Under the pieces are notes generated by a model that was not told the origin of the DNA, searched no databases, and saw nothing but the letters and a program-made list of their open reading frames with translations. From positions 50,671 to 114,670 of the forward strand of contig JBEKSS010000006.1 of assembly GCA_049516875.1 (NCBI GenBank): a DNA stretch of 64,000 nucleotides. The letters are read 5' to 3'. Source of the DNA: Candidatus Bathyarchaeia archaeon (GTDB taxonomy: Archaea > Thermoproteota > Bathyarchaeia > Bathyarchaeales > Bathycorpusculaceae). Both the position numbers and the translations under genes were made by a program. Positions 28,908 to 39,394 of the stretch are shown one piece after another; within the stretch, counting starts at the first letter, position 1, and the number at the start of each line of letters is the position of its first letter.

Positions 28908-30074
28908 ATGAAGGAAAGCGAAGAAAAAGAGCAGAAGAGAATCCTCGTTCTGTGCGTGGATAGAGACGCGGATTTGGAAGCCAAAGCTGGGGTGAAAACC
29001 CCCCTTATCGGAAGAGGAGAAAATCTTGACGCCGCAGTCGCGTTGGCTCTGAGAGACCCTGAAGAGCCGGACGCAAACGCTATGTTTGAAGCAATACGGG
29101 TATACGATCGCTTGAAAGCAGAGAACAACCCTACAGAGACTTTTGAGATTGCCACGTTGTCAGGTTCTGAGCTCGGCGGTGTCGGCGCGGACAGAAAAAT
29201 CGTAGCCGGGTTGAAGGAACTACTAGATTCCTTCTCTGCCAGTGAAGTCATCTTGGTGACGGACGGGTATTCGGATGAAGCGGTTTTGCCGCTTGTCCAG
29301 TCAAGGGTGCCCGTTTCATCAGTCAGAAGAATCGTTGTGAAGCACAGCGAGTCAATTGAAGAGACCGCTGCTCTTCTTTCACGGTACCTTCGAACAGTGA
29401 TGAATAACCCTCGCTATTCACGTGTGGCCTTAGGCCTGCCCGGACTGCTCATTCTGATTCTGGGAATCCTGTCCATCTTCGGATGGGTTCAATACTACTT
29501 GATCGCGTTTGCACTTGTCCTAAGCGTTTTCCTAGTAGTCAAAGGATTTGGAATTGACAAGTCTGCCAAAGACTTCTACAGGTGGGTGAAAGAGTACTCT
29601 CCGCCCCCGCTGAGAGTGCAGATATCAAATTTCTCCTTGGTCGCCGGGGGATTGTGCGTTGTGCTTAGCGTATACTTAGGATGGACAAATATTCCGCCCG
29701 CAGAAGTTGCAGCTTGGCTAGGTAACGTCCCGCGAATTATCGGTTTCTTCATAGGAGGTGCAGCAACCTTAATAGTGGTCGGATTCTGCCTGCCACTCTT
29801 GGGTAGGGGTATCCGATGGTACATTGAGCGTGACGCTAGGTTGTTGCGAAACGCGGTGCTAATCGTCATTGTCGGTTGGTCGCAGCAGATTCTCATTGCA
29901 ACCTCTGAGCTGCTCATTACTCCGGAAATCGGCTATGGGAGGATCATTTTCGCTATCGTTGTCGGCATCTTGATGGGCATAGCTTCAGTGCTGGTTATTT
30001 TCGCGGTTCACAGGGCTAAGAGAGGCTTTTTCGCGGAGACAGAAGAGCAGGCTGAAGAGTTTGGGGATTCTTGA
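28908..30074 (+). CDS. DUF373 family membrane protein
   Basis: LVLCVDRDADL, DPEEPDANA, VTDGYSDE, RRIVVKHSESIE, then multiple TM helices. Confidence 0.85.
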   Translation: MKESEEKEQKRILVLCVDRDADLEAKAGVKTPLIGRGENLDAAVALALRDPEEPDANAMFEAIRVYDRLKAENNPTETFEIATLSGSELGGVGADRKIVAGLKELLDSFSASEVILVTDGYSDEAVLPLVQSRVPVSSVRRIVVKHSESIEETAALLSRYLRTVMNNPRYSRVALGLPGLLILILGILSIFGWVQYYLIAFALVLSVFLVVKGFGIDKSAKDFYRWVKEYSPPPLRVQISNFSLVAGGLCVVLSVYLGWTNIPPAEVAAWLGNVPRIIGFFIGGAATLIVVGFCLPLLGRGIRWYIERDARLLRNAVLIVIVGWSQQILIATSELLITPEIGYGRIIFAIVVGILMGIASVLVIFAVHRAKRGFFAETEEQAEEFGDS

Positions 30075-30206
30075 ACGCCCGGCAATGAATGTCTTCAAAC
30101 AGATTATGCTTGGAATGGAGAAAGTCTTAATTGAGACTATTGGAAGTTAACTGACACGAGGACGATTATTGGTGCACCAGTGTGACTAGGCCACGAGGTT
30201 TGAGCA

Positions 30207-30989
30207 GTGATTAAATCGTTGCTTTCTGCAATCGGTGCCTATAAGGTTTATGAGGGATGGCTTTGGCGTCAAGTTGAAAACGGCGACAAACCAGAGCATA
30301 TAGCGATAATTCTGGATGGAAACCGAAGGTGGGCTTCGGAAAAGGTGCTTAACCCGTGGTTTGGCCACGAAAAAGGAGCAGAAAAGGTCGAGCAACTGCT
30401 TGACTGGTGCCTGAAACTCGATGTCAAATCTGTAACTCTCTACGCCTTCTCCACCGAAAACTTTAGCCGCCCAGAAGATGAAGTCAAGGAAATAATGCGC
30501 ATCGCCGAGGAACGATTTCGGGAGCTCTTGACAGATGAGCGGATACGTAGAGACAAGATACGCGTCAAAGTCATCGGCAGAGTAAATCTCCTGCCTGAAG
30601 GTTTGCGGCAGCTCATAGAAGACGTCGAAAAATCAACGCAGGATTATGACAAGCATTTCTTGAATTTTGCTTTTGCTTACGGTGGAAGAGCCGAGATTGT
30701 GGATGCTGCGAAGAAAATTGCCGAGGAAGTGCACGAGGGAAAACTGGATCTTGAAAAGGTTGATGAGCAGGTGTTTGAACAGCATCTCTACACCTCACAC
30801 ATGCCTAATCAAGATCCCGACCTAATCATTAGAACCTCGGGTGAAGAGAGACTCAGCGGCTTCTTGCTGTGGCAGTCTGCCTACAGCGAGCTCTGCTTCT
30901 TAGACGTCTACTGGCCTGATTTCCGCTCAATCGACCTGCTGCGCGCGGTCAGAACCTTTCAGAAGCGTAAGAGACGTTTCGGCGAGTAA
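30207..30989 (+). CDS. uppS: cis-Polyprenyl diphosphate synthase
   Basis: HIAIILDGNRRWA, YAFSTENF, YGGRAEI, PDLIIRTSGEERLSGFLLWQ. Confidence 0.95.
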   Translation: MIKSLLSAIGAYKVYEGWLWRQVENGDKPEHIAIILDGNRRWASEKVLNPWFGHEKGAEKVEQLLDWCLKLDVKSVTLYAFSTENFSRPEDEVKEIMRIAEERFRELLTDERIRRDKIRVKVIGRVNLLPEGLRQLIEDVEKSTQDYDKHFLNFAFAYGGRAEIVDAAKKIAEEVHEGKLDLEKVDEQVFEQHLYTSHMPNQDPDLIIRTSGEERLSGFLLWQSAYSELCFLDVYWPDFRSIDLLRAVRTFQKRKRRFGE

Positions 30990-30995
30990 GCATCG

Positions 30996-32219
30996 TCATG
31001 CTCTCTTGCGGGCGCTAACTATCGAGACGACATCTCTATCCTTGAGTATGTAATCTTCGCCTACTCTTTTCTTCTCTCTAGCCTCAACCGCGTAGATGAA
31101 GCCTTCTCCGAGTTCCGTGTGAATTATGTAAGCAAGTTGGCGTGCAGTCGTTCCGTAGGGCACAAGATAAGCGTCTGGCAAAACTCTGCCCATGTGATCT
31201 GCCAAATGTTCCAAATCCTCAACGGGATACACGGTAATCATGCTTAAGAGCTTGAAATAGGCCGTGTTGATGGCTTCTTGAACGCCCGTCGTGCCAAAAT
31301 TGAGGAGTATTTTCTCTCTTATGGTCTCCAAGGCCTTTGCTTGACTTTGACTGAGGCTTTCTGGCTTGCACACTTTGAAATTGCAGTCTCCCGGTCGGTA
31401 GTCTATCAGCTGCTTTTCAGCAGCTCTCCTGAGGGCAAGCTCCGCTTCTGCGCAGCAGGGGACGACGAGGCGGTTGGATTCTTTCAGCCGTTCAAAGTTT
31501 TCTTGGGAGGGCGACATGTCCATTTTGTTCGCCACAATCAGCATTGGCTTCGCAACTTGCCTTAACGTGTCAACGAACCTGAGAAAGTCTTCATCGCTCC
31601 AGAATGTGGGTTTGTCAGCGTTCAACCCTGCCTTTCTTATCGCGTCAAAAACGTGGCTTCTTCTCATGGATAGGCCGCTTAATCGTTCTTCGAGTATCGA
31701 AAGCAGGTCTTTGGATTCAGCTTCAACAGTTCTTGCAATCTTGGGCCAGTCTTTTTTGAGTATGTTCGCCATCCACATGGTTATTTCACGTTCGAGGAAT
31801 TTCACGTCTTCCATAGGGTCGTTTTCGCCTGGCTTGCAGAGTCTGCCCTCGCAGTCCGTTCCCCCCGAAGCGTCAACTATGTGGATTAACGCGTCAGCCT
31901 TTCTGATTTCGTCCAGGAACTGGTTGCCCAGGCCTCTTCCTTCCCAAGCTCCGGGCACAAGCCCAGCGCAATCGATAAACTCCACAGGGATGAGTCTGAC
32001 GCCGTCCAGGCATATCGAATTAGCCGGGTTGTCACTGACGCCAAATTCCTTGTGCACACACGCTGTCCGAACGTATCCGACTCCTCTGTTCGGCTTTATG
32101 GTCGTGAATGGATAGTTTGCTATCTCAGCAGGCGCCAGAGTCGCTGCACAGAAGAATGTCGACTTGCCGGTGTTAGGTTTTCCAACTATACCCAACAGTT
32201 TTGAATAGGATTTCTGCAT
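30996..32219 (-). CDS. ychF: Obg-family YchF-like NTPase (archaeal)
   Basis: GKPNTGKST, YPFTTI, DCAGLVPGA..GRGLGNQFL, NKMD, C-terminal TGS (IHTELG); probable ATG at 32219. Confidence 0.92.
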   Translation of the reverse strand: MQKSYSKLLGIVGKPNTGKSTFFCAATLAPAEIANYPFTTIKPNRGVGYVRTACVHKEFGVSDNPANSICLDGVRLIPVEFIDCAGLVPGAWEGRGLGNQFLDEIRKADALIHIVDASGGTDCEGRLCKPGENDPMEDVKFLEREITMWMANILKKDWPKIARTVEAESKDLLSILEERLSGLSMRRSHVFDAIRKAGLNADKPTFWSDEDFLRFVDTLRQVAKPMLIVANKMDMSPSQENFERLKESNRLVVPCCAEAELALRRAAEKQLIDYRPGDCNFKVCKPESLSQSQAKALETIREKILLNFGTTGVQEAINTAYFKLLSMITVYPVEDLEHLADHMGRVLPDAYLVPYGTTARQLAYIIHTELGEGFIYAVEAREKKRVGEDYILKDRDVVSIVSARKRA

Positions 32220-32689
32220 CCAACTCTTCCCACCAAAATTCTGGGTGCCAGCCAGATTGCACTGTGTTTTTCCCTCGAGTACTTTATGATACGTTGCTCT
32301 ATATGGCTTGCGCTGTTCAATAATCCGCAAAAAAAACAGGCAAGACGTTTTGTGAAAAACGTCGCTTTCTCCCTTTACTCAGCGTGCATTTACTGTTTCT
32401 CGACCTCACGTCTGCTTAGCGAAAACGTGAGGTGAAGCCTAGACGTTTTAATTGCAAACCAGCGCTTTCACCCGCAAAACGATAGTTCTGGCGAGAGTTT
32501 TAGGCTCGCACCTTGAATTCTGAGTGTTTTTACCAGCAGAGTCGCGCGATAGTGATCAAGCATAAGAAAATCGCAGACTTCTCACGTTTTTAGTTCATAT
32601 ATGTTCCTTTCAACTCTTGGCAATCATAAATTAATATAAAAGCGTCAAGGCTATAGGAAGTAAACTGAAACCTCAAAGGACATGAAAAC

Positions 32690-33655
32690 ATGATGTCAAA
32701 ATTGGCTAAAGAGAAGCTTGCTGAGATGTACGAGAAAATGCTTGAAATTCGGTGTTTTGAAGAGAAGGTTTTCGAGCTTTACGGTCAAAATCTTGTTCCA
32801 GGCACCATACACCTCTACGCTGGAGAAGAAGCCGTGGCGGTTGGGGTTTGCAGCTGCCTGCGTAAGGACGATTACATCACAAGCACACACAGAGGCCATG
32901 GACATTGCATAGCGAAAGGCGCCGAACTGAAACGTACGATGGCGGAAATTCTTGGGAAGAAAACCGGTTATTGCAAGGGCAAAGGCGGCTCGATGCACAT
33001 CGCCGATTTCAACATAGGTATGCTCGGCGCAACTGCAGTCGTGGGCGCTGGATTGCCAATAGCTGTGGGCGCTGGTCTGTCGGCCAAGCTCAGAAAGACG
33101 GATCAGGTCGTGGCATGCTTCTTCGGCGAAGGAGCTTCCAACCAAGGAACCTTTCACGAAAGCATAAACATGGCTTCAACATGGTCCCTGCCCGTGATTT
33201 TTGTCTGCGAGAACAACCTTTACGCCATGGGAACGTGTCAGTCAAGAGTAATGAAAATCCAAAACATAGCCGACCGCGCCGTGGCCTACGGAATCTCAGG
33301 CGTGACGGCGGATGGAAATGACGTTTTGGCGGTTTTCGAAGCCTCGCAAAAGGCTGTTGACCGAGCTAGAAGCGGCGCTGGGCCGACGCTTATCGAATGT
33401 AAAACTTACCGCCACAAAGGCCACTCGCGGGTTGATCCCGCCAAGTACAGGCCGAGGGAAGAAGTTGAGCAATGGTTAGCCAAAGATCCCATCAAACGCT
33501 TCAGAGAAACACTACTGCAAAATAACACTTTTTCACAAGCCGAAATCAAGAAGATTGAAGAAAACGTTGCCGCTGAGATCGAAGAAGCCGTAAAGTTCGC
33601 GGTCGAAAGCCCCTATCCTGCCCCGGAAGAAGCCTTAGAAGACGTTTACGCCTAG
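32690..33655 (+). CDS. 2-oxoacid/acetoin dehydrogenase E1 alpha
   Basis: HLYAGEEA, STHRGHGH, GKGGSMH, GEGASNQG...CENN TPP motif, TYRHKGHS. Confidence 0.94.
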   Translation: MMSKLAKEKLAEMYEKMLEIRCFEEKVFELYGQNLVPGTIHLYAGEEAVAVGVCSCLRKDDYITSTHRGHGHCIAKGAELKRTMAEILGKKTGYCKGKGGSMHIADFNIGMLGATAVVGAGLPIAVGAGLSAKLRKTDQVVACFFGEGASNQGTFHESINMASTWSLPVIFVCENNLYAMGTCQSRVMKIQNIADRAVAYGISGVTADGNDVLAVFEASQKAVDRARSGAGPTLIECKTYRHKGHSRVDPAKYRPREEVEQWLAKDPIKRFRETLLQNNTFSQAEIKKIEENVAAEIEEAVKFAVESPYPAPEEALEDVYA

Positions 33656-33669
33656 GAAAGGGACATATC

Positions 33670-34644
33670 ATGAAGAGAACAACCTATCGAGAGGCACTGC
33701 GTGAAGCGTTGAGAGAGGAGATGCGCCGGGATTCTTCAGTATTCCTCTTGGGCGAAGACATCGGCAGACAATGGGGTGGAGCCTTCAAGGTTACAGATGG
33801 TTTGGCTCAGGAGTTTGGAGACGAAAGAGTCAGAGACACCCCGATATCAGAATCAGCGATAGTGGGCGCGGGCGTGGGTGCTGCGATAACGGGCATGCGT
33901 CCCGTCGCCGAAATAATGTTCGGAGACCTAACTGCACTGGCCATGGATCAGATAGCGAACCAAGCAGCAAAAATCAGGTACATGTTCGGCGGCCAAGCAT
34001 CATGTCCATTGGTAATCAGAACGCCGTTTGGCGCGGGCGTCAACATCGCCTCCCACCATTCACAGAGCCTAGAAGCATGGTTCATGCACGTTCCCGGCCT
34101 CCAAGTCGCTGTACCATCAACCCCGTACGATGCTAAGGGGCTCCTGAAAACAGCCATACGCGGAAACAACCCCGTCTTCTTCTGCGAACACAAACTGCTC
34201 TATCCAGTCGAAGGTGACGTTCCACAGGAGGAGTACACGATTCCATTCGGAGTAGCCGACGTCAAGAGGAAAGGATCGGACGTTACCGTCGTCGCCACCC
34301 TATACATGGTTCATAAAGCGCTAAACGCTGCTGCAACGCTTGAGGAGGAAGGGGTAAACGCTGAAGTCATCGACCCGAGAACACTAACCCCGCTGGACAA
34401 GAAGACTATAATTGATTCGGTGAAAAAGACTGGGAGGCTGGTTATCGTGAGTGAAGACTGCAAGACCGCAGGTGTAAGCGCTGAAATCGCTTCAGTGGTC
34501 GCTGAAGAAGCCATAGACTATCTGGATGCCCCGATAAAGAGAGTAACATGCGCGGACACGCCTATACCGTTCAGTCCACCCTTGGAACAGTACGTGATTC
34601 CGAACGAAAAAGCCATAATCAAGGCAGTCAAGGAAGTTGTCTGA
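33670..34644 (+). CDS. 2-oxoacid/acetoin dehydrogenase E1 beta
   Basis: GEDIG, RVRDTPISE, RPVAEIMF, HSQSLEAW, EHKLLY, DPRTLTPLD. Confidence 0.94.
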   Translation: MKRTTYREALREALREEMRRDSSVFLLGEDIGRQWGGAFKVTDGLAQEFGDERVRDTPISESAIVGAGVGAAITGMRPVAEIMFGDLTALAMDQIANQAAKIRYMFGGQASCPLVIRTPFGAGVNIASHHSQSLEAWFMHVPGLQVAVPSTPYDAKGLLKTAIRGNNPVFFCEHKLLYPVEGDVPQEEYTIPFGVADVKRKGSDVTVVATLYMVHKALNAAATLEEEGVNAEVIDPRTLTPLDKKTIIDSVKKTGRLVIVSEDCKTAGVSAEIASVVAEEAIDYLDAPIKRVTCADTPIPFSPPLEQYVIPNEKAIIKAVKEVV

Positions 34645-34645
34645 A

Positions 34646-35752
34646 ATGGTGACTAAGATCGTGATGCCTAGGCTCAGCTTAACGATGAAAGAGGGCACGG
34701 TCGGCAAATGGTACAAGAAAGAGGGCGAAAGCGTTGAAAAGGGCGAACCGATCGTTGAAGTGGTGTCAGAAAAGGCCACGTACGATCTCGAAGCGCCATC
34801 CTCGGGTATCCTGAGGAAAGTCCTTGTGCAAGAGGGCGTTGATGTCCCTGTCAACGCAGTCATAGGCGTCATAACCGCGCCCGACGAGCCCTTCTCAGAA
34901 GCTGCAGCAATAACAGAAACACAAGAAACAGTTGAGGCTGAAAGTGAGAAGCGATTTCCAGCCTCACCCGCCGCCAAACGCTTGGCAAGAGAATACGGCA
35001 TAGACCTGTCAACCGTCAAGGGCAGCGGGCCTGAAGGACGAATAGCGGAAGAGGATGTCCAACGCCTCATCGAAGAGAGGGCCGGGACCGGCCCAAAGGT
35101 CAGGCAGACAATCCCGCTGAGCGGCTACAAGAAGACGACGGCTGAACGGCTCTCCATAAGCTTCAGAACAGCCCCGCACAGCACGATAATCATGGAAACC
35201 GACGTTTCCAAAGCAGCCGAACTGCACCACAAAACCCAAGTCTCCTACACGACCATCATCGTGAAAGCCGCCGCCAAAGCCCTAAGCGAAATACCCCTGC
35301 TAAACTCGACGCTTGAAGGCGACCGAATAAAAATGTTCGAAGACGTGAACGTCGGCGTGGCCGTCGCCACAGAAAATGGCCTAATTGTGCCCGTCATACA
35401 CAACGCCGACAAAAAAACGCTCAAAGAAATAGACGCCGCCATCAAAGAGCTAACCGAAAAAGCTCGACAGGCAAAACTCACAAAAGAAGACCTAACAGGA
35501 GGAACCTTCACCATCACCAACCTAGGCATGTACGACGTCGACTTCTTCACCCCCATAATCAATCCCCCCGAAGCCGCCATCCTCGGCATCGGAAAAATCA
35601 CCGAAAAACCAGTTGCCTCCAACTCAAGAATCGAAATCAAACCCGTGGTGATGCTAAGCCTGTCATACGACCACAGAATCGTAGACGGCGCACCCGCAGC
35701 CCAATTCCTTCAACGCGTTAAAGAAAGAATCGAAAGTATAACGGAACAATAA
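34646..35752 (+). CDS. Dihydrolipoamide acyltransferase E2
   Basis: Lipoyl domain (VVSEKAT), E3-binding domain (ASPAAKRLA...GSGPEGRI), catalytic DHRIVDG. Confidence 0.94.
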   Translation: MVTKIVMPRLSLTMKEGTVGKWYKKEGESVEKGEPIVEVVSEKATYDLEAPSSGILRKVLVQEGVDVPVNAVIGVITAPDEPFSEAAAITETQETVEAESEKRFPASPAAKRLAREYGIDLSTVKGSGPEGRIAEEDVQRLIEERAGTGPKVRQTIPLSGYKKTTAERLSISFRTAPHSTIIMETDVSKAAELHHKTQVSYTTIIVKAAAKALSEIPLLNSTLEGDRIKMFEDVNVGVAVATENGLIVPVIHNADKKTLKEIDAAIKELTEKARQAKLTKEDLTGGTFTITNLGMYDVDFFTPIINPPEAAILGIGKITEKPVASNSRIEIKPVVMLSLSYDHRIVDGAPAAQFLQRVKERIESITEQ

Positions 35753-35781
35753 AACTGAAAATGGAGAGTTGATCGTCGCGT

Positions 35782-35900
35782 ATGGTTGTCAGGGATATGA
35801 AGGATGAAGATATTCCCTTGATCAAGAAGTTCAATGTGGAAACTCGTTGGAGAGATGTTCCAAGAAGTCAAAAAGGCGAGCTTGATAGGCATGAATTTGG
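35782..35900 (+). pseudogene. Possible N-terminal fragment of a GNAT acetyltransferase
   Basis: MVVRDMKDEDIPLIKKF is a typical GNAT start; similarity ends at GCGCGCG (35900). Confidence 0.4.
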
Positions 35901-36116
35901 CGCGCGTGGATCACGTAGACATCGCCCTGATCAAACCCGGAAAGATAGTCGAAGAACGGGTCGAGTTTGACATGATGAACATTCTCCAAATCCAGCGCTC
36001 GTAACAACCAACAATGACTGCAACCTTTGCGCACGCGCACTCTCCTTTTATCGAATGTTTCAAATTGTGAGGTCAAACACGATAACGTTCCCCAACACAC
36101 TGCAGGACCTGACCAG

Positions 36117-36178
36117 TTTTGAGTCTCAAGAAAATCACGGATTGAGTACTCAAACACAAGGGCTCACAAGCCAACATG
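36117..36178. repeat. 62-bp dispersed repeat, inverted copy of 39371..39432
   Basis: Reverse complement matches 39371..39432 with 4 mismatches; contains palindrome TTGAGTACTCAA. Confidence 0.9.
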
Positions 36179-36225
36179 CTCTACGCTGAAGCCATGGTCA
36201 TGCAGGTTTTAACACGCGCGATTCG

Positions 36226-36879
36226 CTAGCCGAGATCTACGAAGTTGTCAGGCGGCAAGCCGCCCGGAATCTCCCTCTGAATCATCAAAGCCGCCCCCGT
36301 GCCGGTCCGTATCTCTATCTTCACCTTCGAGTAAGGCAAGAGCCCGTAAGAGTCTCCCAGCTTTATGACGAGGTAGGCCTTGGCGTTTTCTTTGAGAGCC
36401 GTGTCCGTGCTGAACTGACTGTTGTAGATAAAGCACGTCGCATTGGGTTCACCGGTCACGCTTGCCATGAGGTTAGCGATGGACGCATCGCCCGTCGTGC
36501 GCACGCCACCGTAGATGTTAGCGAGCGAAAAGTTCCCGCACTGCACGGCAACGACCACGGTGCTGTTGGACAAGTCCACCTGCTCCTGACCCACAGCCAG
36601 CTTCAACGGGATTGCGAGATACGTTACGCCCACGGTGGAAGAGTTTGTCTTGCCCGTGACGAAACCGTCAATCTCCAAAGCGGCTGTAGCCTCCTGGATG
36701 CCCTTACCTATAGTCGATTTAGCCGTTTGAGCCGCGAAGAAACCCATGTTAATCACGACATAAGCCATGGACGCAGCGATGACCACAAACGCGATGAGCA
36801 CAATCGCAGCCTCTATACCCACGATACCGCGACTCCGCTTTCGAAGCTTCCTCAACAAACTGTTCATCTTGGCCTTCAC
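36226..36879 (-). CDS. flaB: Archaellin
   Basis: Class III signal peptide KRSRG/IVGIEAAIVLIAFVVIAA, NMGF, C-terminal VDLG. Confidence 0.9.
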   Translation of the reverse strand: MKAKMNSLLRKLRKRSRGIVGIEAAIVLIAFVVIAASMAYVVINMGFFAAQTAKSTIGKGIQEATAALEIDGFVTGKTNSSTVGVTYLAIPLKLAVGQEQVDLSNSTVVVAVQCGNFSLANIYGGVRTTGDASIANLMASVTGEPNATCFIYNSQFSTDTALKENAKAYLVIKLGDSYGLLPYSKVKIEIRTGTGAALMIQREIPGGLPPDNFVDLG

Positions 36880-37074
36880 CCTTATCCGCGCTCAATATTC
36901 AGAATGTTGAGATATAATCTATTGTGCGTCACAAAAAATGCAGACTCGACAGACGGACAAGGAAAAACGGTGACGTTTGCTTTTCACGTTGAAGTAGACG
37001 GTTAGGCCTCATCCCGATGGGTTCAATGTGACGCGCGGCGGCTTGCAGCGTGAACGGCGACGTGCACCAGCGTC

Positions 37075-38190
37075 TTATCTGTTGATTTCCTCCTCGTACA
37101 TTATTGAAACAAGTTCAGCGATTGCTGGAGCAGCAGTCAAGCCTGGGGACTCTATGCCTATCAGGTTTATGAGTCCGAACAAGTCTTTGTCGGCTTCGTG
37201 TCTTATCACGAAATCTCTGAACCCTTCTCCAGGACCTTGAAGTTTCGGTCTCACCCCGGCCGAGTCCACTTGAACCTGATGTTCAATGATGGAGGGCAAG
37301 AACCTTCTCACGTCTTCACGAAACTCCTTCTCAGCTGATTCAACTTCATAGTTGATGTCGTTAACGTAGTAAGCGTTCGGTCCCAGCCTCACCGAGCCGG
37401 ACATATCCGGAGTCAGATGGATCCCGAGCCCCGGTCCCTTTGGGACGGGGTACACGAGCATCTTTACAGGGGGTTTTCCGCTCAGCCTGAAATAGTCTCC
37501 TTTGCAGTAGTGCAGTCGGTAGCCGAGCTGGTCGATGTCCAATCCTAGCATGGAGGCTACCTTGTCTGAGTGTAGGCCTGCACAGTTTATGACGGTGTCT
37601 GCTCTGACGGTGAACCTTTCGTTGATGCTGGTTCCGTCTACTTCATAGCCCTCGCCGATTTTTTTTGTGGTCGTGACCTCGGTTTTTGGGACGAACAGGG
37701 CGTTGTTCTTCTGTGCCTTCGCGTAGAAATGATTCATCAGCTCGTCGGGTTCCACGATGCCTGTTGAGGGTGAATAGAGCGCCTTTTCAACTTCAACGCC
37801 GGGTTCCAGTCTTTTGACTTCTTCCCTTTCAAGCATCTTCAGGTCTTCCACGCCGTTTGCTTCTCCCTGTCGCATCAGCTTTTCAAGCTCGTCCGTTTCC
37901 TCGGGTTCGATGGCCACTGTCAGTTTGCCCAGTTTCTTGTGGGGAACAGCGTATTTTTCGCAGATGTCATACGTCATCCGGTTGCCCTTCACGCACAGCT
38001 CGGCTTTAAGAGAATCGGGCGGGTAGTGGATGCCCGAGTGGATTACTCCGCTGTTGTGGCTACTGGTCTCTTGTCCGAACCTCGCGTTTTTCTCGAGAAC
38101 GTACACGTCTTGGTTTTTTTCGGAGACTTTTGCGGCCACGGCCAGGCCTACGACGCCGGCTCCGATGATGATGATTTTGGCCTTTTCCAT
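37075..38190 (-). CDS. FAD-dependent oxidoreductase, L-2-hydroxyglutarate oxidase (LhgO)-like
   Basis: GAGVVG, TSSHNSGVIHSG, NCAGLHSD, KGDYF, GLGIHLT, GIESPGLTA. Confidence 0.9.
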   Translation of the reverse strand: MEKAKIIIIGAGVVGLAVAAKVSEKNQDVYVLEKNARFGQETSSHNSGVIHSGIHYPPDSLKAELCVKGNRMTYDICEKYAVPHKKLGKLTVAIEPEETDELEKLMRQGEANGVEDLKMLEREEVKRLEPGVEVEKALYSPSTGIVEPDELMNHFYAKAQKNNALFVPKTEVTTTKKIGEGYEVDGTSINERFTVRADTVINCAGLHSDKVASMLGLDIDQLGYRLHYCKGDYFRLSGKPPVKMLVYPVPKGPGLGIHLTPDMSGSVRLGPNAYYVNDINYEVESAEKEFREDVRRFLPSIIEHQVQVDSAGVRPKLQGPGEGFRDFVIRHEADKDLFGLINLIGIESPGLTAAPAIAELVSIMYEEEINR

Positions 38191-38287
38191 TCGTGACTAT
38201 CAAAAAGTGTTCGTTAATAAGTCTTTAGTCGGCTGGGCCGGTGCGGGTCGCGACGTTTTTTGGAGGGGTCTCGTGTTACAGGCGGGT

Positions 38288-39310
38288 TCAGTTTGTGATG
38301 ATGATTTTTAGGCTCTCTTTTGATTCCTGGGCTGTCTTGAAGGCTTGGGATGTTTGCGTGAGCTTGTAACGGTGGGTTATGAGCTTTTTGACGTTTAACC
38401 TGTTTGTCTCCAGGAGCTGCAGTGCTGTTCTTGTTTCCAGGTGTGAGGCTGAGTATGAGGGGATTATCTGAAGTTCGGAGAAGAACAGTTCCTTCGGGCT
38501 TATCTGCAGGTGTTTTTCAGGGTCGGTGGGTGCGAAGACGCAAAGTTTGCCGCCTTTTCGAAGGATGTTGATGCCCGCCTCGTAGGCTTCCAAGCTGGGC
38601 GCGGTGACGAATGCCACGTCTACGCCTATTCCTTCGGTTTCCGTCTTGACGGTTGTGGTTAGGTCTTTGTTTTTCGGGTTGACTGTGACGTCGGCTCCGA
38701 ACTGTTCGGCCAGTTTGAGTCGAGAGTCGATGAGGTCGCTCACGATTGTTTTTGTGGCTCCGTAGATTTTTGACAGTGCCGTGTGAATGAGGCCTGTTGC
38801 TCCGGCGCCGATTACTGCTACGGTGTCGCCGGTTTGTACGTTGCACTTTTTTATGGCTCTTATGCAGCAGGCGACGGGTTCGATGAGGGTTGCCTCTTCA
38901 TAGGACAGCTGCTCCGGGATTTTTAGGGTGTCCGTTTGGACGTTGGTGGCTGGGACTTTGAAGTACTGGGCGAAGCCGCCGGGTTTGATGTTTGTTTTGT
39001 GGAACTGTTTGCAGAGGGTGTAGTCGCCGTGGAGGCAGTAGTGGCATGTTAAGCAGGCGGCGTGGTGGTGGACGAAGACTCGGTCGCCGACGCTGAACTT
39101 TTTGATTTTGCTTCCTTTTTTGGCCACGGTTCCGGCTGGTTCGTGTCCTAGGACGAGGGGGGCTCGGGGTTTGAGGTACCAGTCCATGAGGTCTGAGCCG
39201 CATATTCCGCAGGCTTTCATTTGGACGAGGATTTCATCGTCGTTTATTCTTGGCGTGGGCATCTCTTCTATTCGTATGTCCTGTTGCCCGTGGTACATTG
39301 CGGCTTTCAT
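38288..39310 (-). CDS. Zn-dependent alcohol/polyol dehydrogenase (MDR)
   Basis: CGICGSD, GHEPAG, CxxCxxC...C, GAGATG. Confidence 0.92.
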   Translation of the reverse strand: MKAAMYHGQQDIRIEEMPTPRINDDEILVQMKACGICGSDLMDWYLKPRAPLVLGHEPAGTVAKKGSKIKKFSVGDRVFVHHHAACLTCHYCLHGDYTLCKQFHKTNIKPGGFAQYFKVPATNVQTDTLKIPEQLSYEEATLIEPVACCIRAIKKCNVQTGDTVAVIGAGATGLIHTALSKIYGATKTIVSDLIDSRLKLAEQFGADVTVNPKNKDLTTTVKTETEGIGVDVAFVTAPSLEAYEAGINILRKGGKLCVFAPTDPEKHLQISPKELFFSELQIIPSYSASHLETRTALQLLETNRLNVKKLITHRYKLTQTSQAFKTAQESKESLKIIITN

Positions 39311-39394
39311 GGGGGTTCAATGGTTTCTTTGTGGCTTCGCACTTAAGACTTTCCCGAGAGGCTGCATGGTCATGTTGGCTTGTGAGCCCTTGTG

